A DNA stretch of 64,000 nt from a virus (lineage: Duplodnaviria; Caudoviricetes): the IMG/VR virus record IMGVR_UViG_2639762749_000010, positions 17,974-81,973 of that record. The stretch is one strand, 5' to 3'. The notes under the pieces are model-generated. The model saw only the letters and a list, made by a program, of their open reading frames with translations. It was not told where the DNA came from and did no database searches. A program made the position numbers and the translations under genes. The first letter of the stretch is position 1; each line of letters opens with the position of its first letter. Shown here piece after piece: positions 50,567-60,392 of this stretch.

Positions 50567-50939
50567 GTTTTAAAATACCCCTTTCCAACGGATCATGTCA
50601 ACAAGCCATTGACGTTAAATAATAGGGTTAAAATAAAATTCTAAATGAAAATTAGTTTTTAACTAAACATTAATATTTAAAAACAATATGTTATATAACA
50701 CATAACATAAAAATCTAAATAATAATTTATTTATCGTATTGATCTGAGAATCAGATCGCGTGTAGGATCGCCCTTGCTACACAGGCTCGACTATCACAAC
50801 ACTGTATTAAAATCCAGTTAAAAATGTATAGGCAAAAAAAAAGCGCCAGTTCATTGCTGACGCTCTTCTTTTCACCTATCGGTGGCACTTTCTTGTCGGC
50901 AAACAAGGAAGCAATAACAATTTAGATTGGAAACAAAAC

Positions 50940-51872
50940 ATGCAAATTTCACGGGATATTATAAACTCACGCAATCCATACATCAAGAAAAACGGACAAA
51001 TTTCAGGCTATGGCCTGAGTTTTATTATCAACCAATTACCTATTGATGTTCTTTCCCGTCCAGCCAAACAAATCTTATCTGTCGTCTCTGGAGTGGCTTC
51101 ATCTACATCCGAGTACAAAATCTACAAAACAAAACGCAACCTCAGCCTAGAATGTGGGACTTCCATTGCTACAGTGCGTCGCAATCTAAATAAAGCGGTA
51201 TCCGCCGGCATATTGACGAAAACCTATGTGTTTGATCCCCATGTTGGTCAACAAGCCACAGAATACAAATTCACTGATTCATTTCTAACCGTTGCGCTGG
51301 ACTGCATACAGGCCATAAAAGGGTATGTACGTAAGGATATTCGTAAAATTATCAATTGTGTTAGACAGATATTTCAGGGCAAGTTTAAATCACAAATGCA
51401 ACAGATCCCCCCCGATCAAAATGAACAGGGTGCCCCCGATCAAAATGAGCGGCAAAGAGAAGTAAAGCCCATAGACCAAGAAGAAAAGAAAAAGAGTATT
51501 CCGGCGAAACCGGAACCATTTTCTGTCAGTGTAAAAACAAGCACAACAGCCCTTGCTGAACGGGCAAAAACCAAAGCGCTTGATTATGCAGAAAGCGAGA
51601 ATATGAAACACGCTGAACGTCGTTCATTGAGAGAAAAGCTCAATAACCTCGTTAAGCGTCAAACATTTTTATGCGCTCGCACCTCATCACAATCCACCCG
51701 CAAAAATCAGGGTGCGAGTGCATCCTATCGGGATCGGATTGATAGAGAAGCTGGACAAGCAAGACAAGAGGCAGAATTGCGTTTTGCTGCGGCAAAAGAA
51801 AGCGGATTCGATCCATTGAATACCGTGCGCAATATCATGAGCATTCATTTTGGCCGTAAAGCAACTTCGTGA
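50940..51872 (+). CDS. repL: Lytic replication initiator RepL
   Basis: SGYGL...LSRPAKQILS...TSEY.IYK...TVRR...AV..GIL matches recalled P1 RepL; internal CCCCCGATCAAAATGA repeats at 51409 and 51433 (possible oriL). Confidence 0.8.
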   Translation: MQISRDIINSRNPYIKKNGQISGYGLSFIINQLPIDVLSRPAKQILSVVSGVASSTSEYKIYKTKRNLSLECGTSIATVRRNLNKAVSAGILTKTYVFDPHVGQQATEYKFTDSFLTVALDCIQAIKGYVRKDIRKIINCVRQIFQGKFKSQMQQIPPDQNEQGAPDQNERQREVKPIDQEEKKKSIPAKPEPFSVSVKTSTTALAERAKTKALDYAESENMKHAERRSLREKLNNLVKRQTFLCARTSSQSTRKNQGASASYRDRIDREAGQARQEAELRFAAAKESGFDPLNTVRNIMSIHFGRKATS

Positions 51873-52003
51873 TGAGACGCTATGTCCCCAGGCGAATGAG
51901 ATAGAACGACTACAATCTGAAATCTGATAAAAATCAGGTTGACTTTTGCCTTCATCAAATACACACTTTTAATGTATACTTAAAGTGTGTATTTGAGGTT
52001 ATT

Positions 52004-52222
52004 ATGAAACACAGAGTTAACGTAACAGTTGATAAAGAAAATTATCTGATTCTGAGTTCCGCCGGTGTAAATATTTCAGGTTTGGTTAATGACGTCATGA
52101 CCAGAGAAGCCCAACGAATCAAAGCTGAAAGCTGGAAAGCCGACAATCGCAAAGGGATGGAAGAAGTTGCTCAATTTATTGAACAATATGGCTCATTTGC
52201 TGATGAAAACAGGAACTGGTAA
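52004..52222 (+). CDS. ccdA: CcdA antitoxin
   Basis: MKHRVNVTVD...VNISGLV...GSFADENRNW; palindrome 51957-51994 upstream. Confidence 0.95.
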   Translation: MKHRVNVTVDKENYLILSSAGVNISGLVNDVMTREAQRIKAESWKADNRKGMEEVAQFIEQYGSFADENRNW

Positions 52223-52531
52223 ATGCAATTTGTTGTTTATCAATACAAACGGAGCGGAAGCCAATATAGCATGTTGGTTGATGTACAAAGCGACATCATT
52301 GAAACACCAGGAAGGCGTATGGTTATTCCTTTGGTTAAAGCGCATCATTTTTCAAACAAGGTAAGCTGGCATCTATTTCCCATCATACAAATCAGCGATG
52401 AAAATTACCGACTTTTAACAACAGAACTTTCAAGTGTTTCAGAAAGCGTAATTGGAGAAAAAATCACTGATGTGGGCCAATGGTCATCAGATATCAAAGA
52501 TGCGCTTAATCTCTTGTTTTGGGGGATTTGA
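52223..52531 (+). CDS. ccdB: CcdB gyrase poison
   Basis: MQFVVY.YKR...[19 protein letters not shown]...NLLFWGI. Confidence 0.95.
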   Translation: MQFVVYQYKRSGSQYSMLVDVQSDIIETPGRRMVIPLVKAHHFSNKVSWHLFPIIQISDENYRLLTTELSSVSESVIGEKITDVGQWSSDIKDALNLLFWGI

Positions 52532-52569
52532 CCTTATTTACGATTTTGTAGCACGACCATTGGTATAAG

Positions 52570-52923
52570 ATGAATCTAAAAAAACTTTTTGCCGTTAAAC
52601 GACCTTGCGTCAACTGCCCTTTTCTCAAAGAACAGGGTATTGCGTTGCACAAGGGAAGATTAGAGTCCATCAAGAAGGGGTTGTTAAAAGACGATCAGAG
52701 CGTGTTTCAGTGTCATAAAACGACATTCTCCACGGGGGGTTACTATGACGAAGAACATGTTTATCACGCTTCCGGCAAAGAGTCTTTCTGCGCTGGCGCA
52801 ATGGGTTGGTTGATGTTGCAGGGTAGCCCCAATGTTGCCATGCGATTAGGTCACGTTTATAGACTTATCGATTTGAATGAATTGAAAATTACAGCCCAAT
52901 CAATATTGGAATGGAAGGAGTAG
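52570..52923 (+). CDS. Hypothetical Cys/His-rich protein
   Basis: PCVNCPF...FQCHKT...CAGA putative metal-binding pattern. Confidence 0.65.
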   Translation: MNLKKLFAVKRPCVNCPFLKEQGIALHKGRLESIKKGLLKDDQSVFQCHKTTFSTGGYYDEEHVYHASGKESFCAGAMGWLMLQGSPNVAMRLGHVYRLIDLNELKITAQSILEWKE

Positions 52924-53112
52924 TTATGGGCCAAGTAGGTAATTCCTAGAATAGGTAAAAACCATCTTTGCAAAAATGGTCTTTGCTTTTCGAGAGTGAT
53001 GATTAAAAATTAGTAAAAAGGATCTTAAATAGATTTTTTATGTCGTTATGACCTCATTACAAGTTTTCTTTATGTGTTAAGTTAATATCTTATTATTTAA
53101 ATTTAGATTTAT

Positions 53113-53429
53113 GGACTAACGGGAACATTCGTGCAAAAACTTGCGGTTTGAAATTTTAATTCCTCTATGCTGCGTATTTTTTTGCAAAAACGGAGAGTTA
53201 TGAGAATCATGAGTGATGCTTTTCACTATGCTTTATTCATGAATTACAATTATCAGAACTCATTCTCGAAATTATGTTCTCGATTGCTTTTCACTATGAA
53301 AGTTTTGATGATAAAAACAATACAGTAGTATAGTAGTCCAACAAACTTTCACACGTTGTTATATTGTGTCATGTGACGCCAACAACAAGATGAAACCGCA
53401 AGTTTCTGCACGAATGTTCCCGCTAGTCC
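53113..53429. mobile_element. MITE-like element with 37-bp terminal inverted repeats
   Basis: GGACTAACGGGAACATTCGTGCAAAAACTTGCGGTTT (53113-53149) and its inverse (53393-53429), 2 mismatches. Confidence 0.65.
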
Positions 53430-53437
53430 AACCCTTA

Positions 53438-53764
53438 TTATTTATCATCGCCTCCTTTTCCACCACGACCAGCAGAGCTGCCAATACCTCCTGCATTTCC
53501 ACCATCACCACCTGCACCACCACCTTTACCTTTGCCTCCGTTTCCACCATGACCAGCAGAGCTGCCAATACCACCTGCATTTCCGCCATTACCACCTGCA
53601 CCACCACCTTTACCTTTGCCTCCGTCTCCACCACTGCCAGCAGAGCTGCCAATACCACCTGAACTTCCGCCATTACCACCTTTGCCTCCAGCAAAACTAG
53701 CAACAGAAACAGAAAGCGAAAGTATTGCAACTAATAAAGCTGATATTAATTTTTTACTTTTCAT
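53438..53764 (-). CDS. Secreted glycine-rich repeat protein
   Basis: Signal peptide ending ASFA; three GG.GGN.GGIGSSAG units. Confidence 0.75.
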   Translation of the reverse strand: MKSKKLISALLVAILSLSVSVASFAGGKGGNGGSSGGIGSSAGSGGDGGKGKGGGAGGNGGNAGGIGSSAGHGGNGGKGKGGGAGGDGGNAGGIGSSAGRGGKGGDDK

Positions 53765-53887
53765 AGGAAAAACCTCATTATTTTAAATTAATTAATATGG
53801 TATTATAAATAAACCCTTTTTCACTACAAAAAACTATTCTAATGCTCATTCCTTCCGTAATTTACTATAGTTATCATTTCCTCCATT

Positions 53888-54289
53888 TTAATCATCTCTA
53901 CCTCTTCCACCATCACCACCGTTACCTGCACGCCCGCCAATGGAACCTCCATCCCCCCCTTTCCCTCCATTACCTCCTTTTTTTCCAGTACCAGCGTCCC
54001 CTCCTCTTCCACCATCACCACCCTTTCCTCCGACTATACCGCCCTTTCCTCCATCCCCGCCCTTTTTTCCATCCCCGCCATTTTTTCCAGCTTGGCCATC
54101 TCCCCCTTTCCCTCCATCACCTACTATTGCCCCTCCATTTCCTCCTCTATCTCCATTGGTTCCATTTCCGCCATCTCCAAACCAGCCTCCATCTTTTCCT
54201 ATCACCGAGGCTGCCATTGAATTGCTTCCTGGAACAAAAAGTGAAAACATTGCGATAATAAAAATCGTTCTAAATTTTTTGCTTATCAT
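53888..54289 (-). CDS. Secreted glycine-rich protein
   Basis: Signal peptide ending SMA; GGDGGKGG repeats; GGAG RBS. Confidence 0.75.
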   Translation of the reverse strand: MISKKFRTIFIIAMFSLFVPGSNSMAASVIGKDGGWFGDGGNGTNGDRGGNGGAIVGDGGKGGDGQAGKNGGDGKKGGDGGKGGIVGGKGGDGGRGGDAGTGKKGGNGGKGGDGGSIGGRAGNGGDGGRGRDD

Positions 54290-54315
54290 AATTAATACTC
54301 CATATATTTATTGAG

Positions 54316-54696
54316 TTATATTGCATCTCCCCCTTTCCCTCCATTTCCGGCTTTACTACCAATACCACCTGCATTTCCACCATCGCCACCATTCCCCCCA
54401 CCGATACCTTTACCTCCTTTTCCACCTTTACCTCCTTTTCCCCATAGCCCTCCATCTACTCCATCTACTCCGTCAGCTCCATTACTCTCATTAGTTTTAT
54501 TATCCTTATTAGTTTTATTATCCTTATTTATCTTATTGTATTTGTTTTTATTACCAATTTTATTGTTTTCATTAACTAAAAGCAGTTCATTATTCTGAGA
54601 TAATAATACTTTTGATGAACTGTGTGCATAAGAGATAGATATCATAAATATCGTCGATGCTAGTGATATTCTAGTTAAAATTTCTTTTTTGTTCAT
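54316..54696 (-). CDS. Secreted Asn/Gly-rich protein
   Basis: Signal peptide ending SYA; NKDNKT then GGKGGK repeats. Confidence 0.7.
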   Translation of the reverse strand: MNKKEILTRISLASTIFMISISYAHSSSKVLLSQNNELLLVNENNKIGNKNKYNKINKDNKTNKDNKTNESNGADGVDGVDGGLWGKGGKGGKGGKGIGGGNGGDGGNAGGIGSKAGNGGKGGDAI

Positions 54697-55028
54697 ATAT
54701 CAATTCCTTAAAAATTATTTTATTCAGATAAGAAAAAACTCAATTCCTTAAGATATGATAATGATATTCATTTTTATATCATTCTTTTTTCCATATATAA
54801 TAGATTAAATATTATATTGTAATCATGTTTACTTCTGCTTTTCTTATTTGTCAATTCATTTTTCAATATAGAATAAATTAGAATAAATCGAGTTATTTAT
54901 AAAAATATATTATGACTATCAGGTAATTGTTTTTTATCCATTTTGCCACCTGTTTTAGTTGATTAGTTAAACATAATCTAAACAGGAAATTGCACAAATT
55001 TAGAAACAGGGTTATTTTACTCTCCACG

Positions 55029-55068
55029 AAACACCACCAGATTTATACAAAATCTGGTGGTGTTTTTT
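55029..55068 (+). terminator. Intrinsic terminator
   Basis: AAACACCACCAGATTT...AAATCTGGTGGTGTTTTTT. Confidence 0.7.
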
Positions 55069-55424
55069 AATTCAAATCTAAATAAGCCTGATCAGGAGGT
55101 GATAAGAGGTCATCACCTACAAAAGCTCTATCACGTTTTACTCACATTCATCATGGACGTACTGACACGTTGACCGTTATACGTGGAAATGCGATAAACG
55201 GGGCTGGTGCATTAGCCTTCTACCTGATAGTCGAACGATATATTACACAGACTGGATTTGTGTTCACATTTTCAATTGCCATAGGTGTCGCATTGTTGGT
55301 TACTTTCTTTATCCTTTTTTTAAAAAAAACTTCCTTGTTGAAAACAGTTATATTACGGATCATCAACATGATGACCTAATAATACGGGTTGGCTGAAATG
55401 GAATGCAGGTCGCTACAGGTAACA

Positions 55425-55874
55425 TCATGGATTTTCACTAAATACCTGTCCCCATGTCACACCGTCAAAATCCCGGCATCTCAACATTAAAGTCATACCA
55501 AGTAACCCCACTTTGTCAAAGCCTAATTTCTTCCAAATGGGATAAGTTTGCATACTATTGATCTGCACTGTTTCAATAGGAAAATCAGAGTCTTCAATAC
55601 AGGCTCGCAGAAACCCTTTTCGGCGATCCGGCTTTGGGAAAGCTGCAAACATAATAGAGTGGAAGAGTATATGTCCATTTTCGTCACGCCAGGCATCGGT
55701 GATCACCCCACCTTCAACATTCTCTACATAAATCAAATGCAACGTTTCAGGGTAAGATATCTCTAAGCGTTCATCACCAAAACCGTCACCATCCTGATTA
55801 TAAATATCAACGATGCGTTGTGCCTTGCTGATAAAATCGGGATGCTTTCCCGTGATAACTTGTACTTTCATCAA
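55425..55874 (-). CDS. Hypothetical GNAT-like protein
   Basis: RRKGFLR and WKKLGF motifs; GGAGG RBS. Confidence 0.5.
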   Translation of the reverse strand: MMKVQVITGKHPDFISKAQRIVDIYNQDGDGFGDERLEISYPETLHLIYVENVEGGVITDAWRDENGHILFHSIMFAAFPKPDRRKGFLRACIEDSDFPIETVQINSMQTYPIWKKLGFDKVGLLGMTLMLRCRDFDGVTWGQVFSENP

Positions 55875-56191
55875 TCCTCCTGCAAAGGGTAACGGACGTA
55901 TTTTATACTATAAGAGACAGGACAGAGAAACCATTAAACTTTTCTCTGCTCAATTCGGTGTTGCATTTCGTGAAGAAATAAACCTGATCCGTGAAATCAT
56001 CCAACAATACCTACGTGAAGTTGCAGAACGTGAGGCACTTCACTCTATCCTGTATTCGGGTGATAGGATGGCAAAAATCAACCATTAACTGATGTTGATC
56101 TGGACGAATTTCTGTGAACTACAAAATTTGTAAGGAGTTCACATGAAAGAAAGCAAACGTCGGAGTCAGATTCATTCATTGTGTACCCAAT

Positions 56192-57298
56192 TTGAGTTCT
56201 GGCAATTTTAAACGATCACGAATATATGAAACTCAAATGGAATCCAACGCATTGAAATACATGGGTAGTAAATCGCGCATAGCAAAATATATTGCGCCAT
56301 TCATCCTAGATCATTTAACGACAGATGTTGTTTATGTTGAACCTTTTGCAGGTGGGATGAATATGGTTAGTCACATAAACAATTTTCACACGGGTACAGT
56401 TATTGCTGCTGATAGCCACGAGTATTTGATTGGAATGTGGATGGCTTTGTTATCTGGATGGAAACCACCAACATCAATATCGAGAGAACAATATTATGAA
56501 GTAAAAAACAATAAAACTGAAATCCCTCACTTAACTGGTTGGGTTGGTTTTAATTGTAGTTACGCGGGGAAATGGTTTGATGGGTATGCTGGAGTAACAC
56601 AGACTAAAACAGGTATTCGTGATTATCAATCAGAGGCTATCAACAACGTTCAGCGACAGTTGACTAAATTAGATGGTGTAATATTACAGTGTTGCGATTA
56701 CAGGGAATTAGATATACCCGATGGGGCTGTTGTTTATTGTGATCCTCCATACGCGAATACCACAGGATACCAAGATTCATTTGACTCAGTTGAATTTTGG
56801 GAATGGGTTCGTAAGTTATCTAATAGGTGTATCGTGTTTGTGAGTGAATATACAGCCCCAGAGGATTTTAATTGCATTTGGTCGTGCGAATTAATTAGTA
56901 GCATCAGTGCAAATCATCTATCTGGAACAACAACAAGATCAATCGAATCATTGTTTGTTATTAATAGAGATCGAAATAAAAGTAAGTGCCAGAGCACAAA
57001 AAATACAGAAAAGAAACTTGTTAACAGGTCTTATTGTGAGGATTTTATGGCAAACTTAATTTTAAGTGATACCAGTGCAAGTATTAGCGAATTAAAGAAA
57101 AACCCAATGGCGACAGTAAATGCTGGAGCGGGTTATCCTGTAGCTATTCTGAACAGAAACCAGCCTGCATTTTATTGCGTCCCCGCTGAACTCTACGAAA
57201 TGATGCTTGATGCAATTGATGATCAAGAGCTTACCAGATTAGTGAAAGAACGTGAAAACCAGCCGTTAATCGATGTTGATTTGGACAAATATCTGTGA
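56192..57298 (+). CDS. D12-class adenine methyltransferase in frame with a StbD-like antitoxin (start probably ATG 56237)
   Basis: YMGSK, EPFAGG, DPPY, FVSEY; no stop before the antitoxin. Confidence 0.85.
   Translation: MSSGNFKRSRIYETQMESNALKYMGSKSRIAKYIAPFILDHLTTDVVYVEPFAGGMNMVSHINNFHTGTVIAADSHEYLIGMWMALLSGWKPPTSISREQYYEVKNNKTEIPHLTGWVGFNCSYAGKWFDGYAGVTQTKTGIRDYQSEAINNVQRQLTKLDGVILQCCDYRELDIPDGAVVYCDPPYANTTGYQDSFDSVEFWEWVRKLSNRCIVFVSEYTAPEDFNCIWSCELISSISANHLSGTTTRSIESLFVINRDRNKSKCQSTKNTEKKLVNRSYCEDFMANLILSDTSASISELKKNPMATVNAGAGYPVAILNRNQPAFYCVPAELYEMMLDAIDDQELTRLVKERENQPLIDVDLDKYL
57047..57298 (+). CDS. stbD: Phd/YefM (StbD-like) antitoxin
   Basis: GAGGA RBS; MANLILSDTSASISELKKNPM...AILNRNQPAFYCVP. 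Confidence 0.88.
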   Translation: MANLILSDTSASISELKKNPMATVNAGAGYPVAILNRNQPAFYCVPAELYEMMLDAIDDQELTRLVKERENQPLIDVDLDKYL

Positions 57299-57582
57299 TT
57301 TATAAGATAAAATTCAGGGAAGATGCGCTAAAAGAGTGGAACAAGCTAGATCAGACTATTCAGAAACAGTTCGCTAAAAAACTGAAAAAATGCTGCGAAA
57401 ATCCACGCATTCCACCCTCTGAACTACGAGGTATGCCAGATTGTTATAAGATCAAACTCCGAGCATCTGGCTTTCGCTTGGTTTATCAAGTCATAAACGG
57501 ACAGTTGATAATTGCAGTGATTGCTGTCGGAAAACGTGAACGTAGTGATGTGTATAGTTTAGCCAGTGAGCGGTTACGATAA
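57295..57582 (+). CDS. stbE: RelE/StbE toxin
   Basis: ALKEWNKLD...CYKIKLRASGFRLVY...AVGKRERS; terminator at about 57599-57627. Confidence 0.93.
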   Translation: MIYKIKFREDALKEWNKLDQTIQKQFAKKLKKCCENPRIPPSELRGMPDCYKIKLRASGFRLVYQVINGQLIIAVIAVGKRERSDVYSLASERLR

Positions 57583-57648
57583 TCACTATCTCCATACAAA
57601 TAGGCGCATATCATTGCGCCTATTTTTAAATGCGAACAGTTACCCACT

Positions 57649-57905
57649 ACCCAATTAGAATACACTGGTTGCTGGCTTGACTCGCTAAGGCAGTGAAAGT
57701 GTACTCTAATTGGGTTTACATAAAGAGTCAGGTTAGGTGGTGTATTCTAATTGGGTTTAGCATAAAGAGTCAGGGTTAGGTGGTGTATTCTAATTGGGTT
57801 TAATAATAAGACACTGGTCACATAGCACACTCTAGTTAAGTAACTAAAACCAAATCAGCTTAAAAAGCAACCGAAAAAAATACAGTAACCTAATTAGGAT
57901 ACACC
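57649..57905. repeat. incA-like copy-control iterons in both orientations
   Basis: ACCCAATTAGAATACAC variants at 57649, 57699, 57739, 57782, 57888. Confidence 0.85.
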
Positions 57906-57950
57906 CAAAATTCCCACCAAGCCGTTTTACCCTTTTTGAATACACCACCA

Positions 57951-58826
57951 TCATGGTTCTGGTTTTACAGAGATCAGCTTTTTATTTCTGTTATCTACGA
58001 TATAATAGGTTTCATTATCTTTTCTAACAAAATTACCTGACAAAAAACCAATTGATTCAAGCTTTTGAATTCCAGTCTTAATTTTTCGGTTAGCTTCTTT
58101 TACAGAGGTATTTAATTGCAAACGTTCTCTGAGTCTCTCAAAAGATATAGGAATTGGTCGCTCAGGTAGAGCAACAAAATACAGGTAGAGACATTGAGCC
58201 ACTTCAGCTCTAGGTAACTTTTCCAACACCTTAAGACTAACAAGAACCTGATAATCTAGACGATACAGATCCCACAAGTTTTCATCAGCCATTAAAGCCA
58301 CTACGTCTTCAAATTCGTCATATTCGGCTCTTAAAAGCAGTCCTGTATGAACTCCTTTAGTAGTATTCTTTCGAAGAAATGAGAGGCTTTGAGACTGTAT
58401 ACGACCTAATGACTCACCAATCTGTCGTCTGAGATTTTTATCAAATCTGCGGCTTGGATATGCACAAAATTTAGCAAACTCACTGAACTTTAGAGTAATT
58501 TTATTCGATCTTGCGCCATAAGTGCTAAATGCTAAAACAATTCCACACCACACTTTAAAGTCAGTTTCTACGTTTAGCTTGTCACCACGGACACTTACGC
58601 GATCATAGCCTTCTTTCTGACAAAGCTCTAAGCTCCTGAGATCTTCAGAAAGATCCATTTCCACATATTTTGTCGAACTTCTTCTGCCAATAGGAGTAAA
58701 AACACCTGTTCTGAGCAACACATTTGGTTGCACGCTTGTCGTTGTATTACATGACAAAATTGGCATTTCAGCATTCAAAAATTCAGTTGACGGTAAGAAT
58801 TGATTATCTTCGTTACTGTTATTCAC
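57951..58826 (-). CDS. repA: Plasmid replication initiator RepA (P1/RepFIB-like)
   Basis: TSVQPNVLLRTGVF...EGYD...DFKVWCGIV...ISFERLRERLQL; flanked by iterons. Confidence 0.92.
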   Translation of the reverse strand: MNNSNEDNQFLPSTEFLNAEMPILSCNTTTSVQPNVLLRTGVFTPIGRRSSTKYVEMDLSEDLRSLELCQKEGYDRVSVRGDKLNVETDFKVWCGIVLAFSTYGARSNKITLKFSEFAKFCAYPSRRFDKNLRRQIGESLGRIQSQSLSFLRKNTTKGVHTGLLLRAEYDEFEDVVALMADENLWDLYRLDYQVLVSLKVLEKLPRAEVAQCLYLYFVALPERPIPISFERLRERLQLNTSVKEANRKIKTGIQKLESIGFLSGNFVRKDNETYYIVDNRNKKLISVKPEP

Positions 58827-58853
58827 AATTTAGTCCACATTTTGTTATTTCAA

Positions 58854-59072
58854 ACCCAATTAGAATACACCCAGACACCCAATTAGAATACACCAAAAAC
58901 CCAATTAGAATACACCAAAAACCCAATTAGAATACACCAGAACCCAATTAGAATACACCCGATTCACTCGTAAGCCTGATTATAAAAGGGCTGTAGATGC
59001 ACGGGATCTTTTAAAGGTACTTTTGGTAGTTAAGGATCTTGTTATTGGATCTACCCTGTGGATTTGTGGATA
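58854..59072. repeat. Plasmid origin: 5 iterons, GATC cluster, DnaA boxes
   Basis: ACCCAATTAGAATACACC at 58854, 58877, 58899, 58921, 58942; three GGATCT; TGTGGATTTGTGGATAA near 59057-59072. Confidence 0.9.
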
Positions 59073-59183
59073 ACTGAAATCAGTCACCCACCAACCCCAC
59101 ACTATCTATCTATCTATTTAATTAATAATTTTTTATTATTAACTAAAAAACATATCTTGCTAGTGTATCGAATATGATATTAC

Positions 59184-59687
59184 TTACACTTCACTCTCTG
59201 ATTGACAGCCCACCATCAAAGAAAGGGATCTACAATTGACTGGCTCATTTAGCGGCCAACGATAACCAGACACTCTGGATCGTGGAAATGATCGGATATT
59301 GACTTCATCAGACTGATTGCCCCCTAAAACCATCAAATCGCCATTCTCAGCCACGCCAACGACAAAACCAACGTGACCCCCACCTGATCGTGTAAAAACG
59401 GCCACACAGCCATAATAAGGCTCTTTTAACGGCATCCCCCATTCAAGATAAGACCTAGCTGATTCAAATCGGCTTGAACGGATACCAACACGCTCAAACA
59501 TGGCACCAACATATGCAGCACACCACGGCGTTTCATCATCACGGATACCGCCACGCTTGATATCTTTCCACCACTGCAAGATACTGGGATGATGTTGTTC
59601 ACCTTTAATTTCATGTACGCCAAGATACTTATACCCTTCTGCAATCCATTTAGGTTCGTATTCTTTCCCTATATTTTCCTTCGTCAT
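59184..59687 (-). CDS. TIGR02594-family (NlpC/P60-like) probable endolysin
   Basis: DDETPWCAAYV, SARSY, GGGHVGFVVG, LGGNQSD; start at MTKE after GGAAG. Confidence 0.85.
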   Translation of the reverse strand: MTKENIGKEYEPKWIAEGYKYLGVHEIKGEQHHPSILQWWKDIKRGGIRDDETPWCAAYVGAMFERVGIRSSRFESARSYLEWGMPLKEPYYGCVAVFTRSGGGHVGFVVGVAENGDLMVLGGNQSDEVNIRSFPRSRVSGYRWPLNEPVNCRSLSLMVGCQSESEV

Positions 59688-59791
59688 ATCTTCCACCACA
59701 GTTAACAATGTTATAAAATTCAGAACGCAAGTTATCTTTGGGTGGCTTTTCTCATCATTTTTAAGTGAAAGGGCATTTAATGCCCTTTTTT

Positions 59792-60346
59792 TCATGTCGG
59801 CCAATTGCTGTCTCTAGCGAACTTGGCACGATCAACATCATCAAGACGAACACGCACCAGTACGGGACGTTCCATTTCTGCAATCAGGGCCCTGCTTAAC
59901 CCATATGTATTGGCATTCTCTATCAGGTAATCTTTGTAATCGTCCGCGTTTCCACTGGCATAAGCCTTGACGATCCCCATGCTGCGGCCATTCCCGGATT
60001 CAACGATATTATCGTTACCAATAATTGGCGCACCATCACTTGATAAGTCTGAGTCGGCAAGTTGCTCTGGCTGTAAACTTTTTGCAATGGTGTTCACCTG
60101 TAATTTACTGGATAAACGTGTGCGATCCCGGGGTTGCAGTTCCTGTGGGTAGGCTTCGTTGATCCGCCCGTCCAGATGATTCGAGAGGATAAGGTCTGAG
60201 GCTTCCATGACATCAAATGCGGTTTTGACCTTATCTCCTTTGACGGTGTTCACGTATGACACACGGCCGTGTTCTGAATGACTGACGGCATGTGTAACCG
60301 GTGCTTCATTTTGCTGAACTGTGGCCGTCGTTGGTGTAATAGACAT
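59792..60346 (-). pseudogene. ddrB: Truncated DdrB (N-terminal ParB-like domain only)
   Basis: YPQELQPRDR...GAPIIG..NIVESGNGR; 184 aa versus about 1000 aa in P1. Confidence 0.7.
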
Positions 60347-60392
60347 TGATTCCTCAAATGATCCGGGGCTGGTGGCTGTTTCTCATGTTGTT

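Noticed and set aside
53359-54598. Pro-, His- and Thr-rich ORFs on the opposite strand or other frames
   Set aside because: Shadows of the glycine-rich genes, which have signal peptides and RBSs
55170-56088. ORFs 55170..55379 and 55813..56088
   Set aside because: Weak starts and no recognisable family; probably fragments or spurious
57649-58959. Repeats flanking repA as a possible CRISPR array
   Set aside because: Non-palindromic 18-mers at about 22-bp spacing beside DnaA boxes: plasmid iterons
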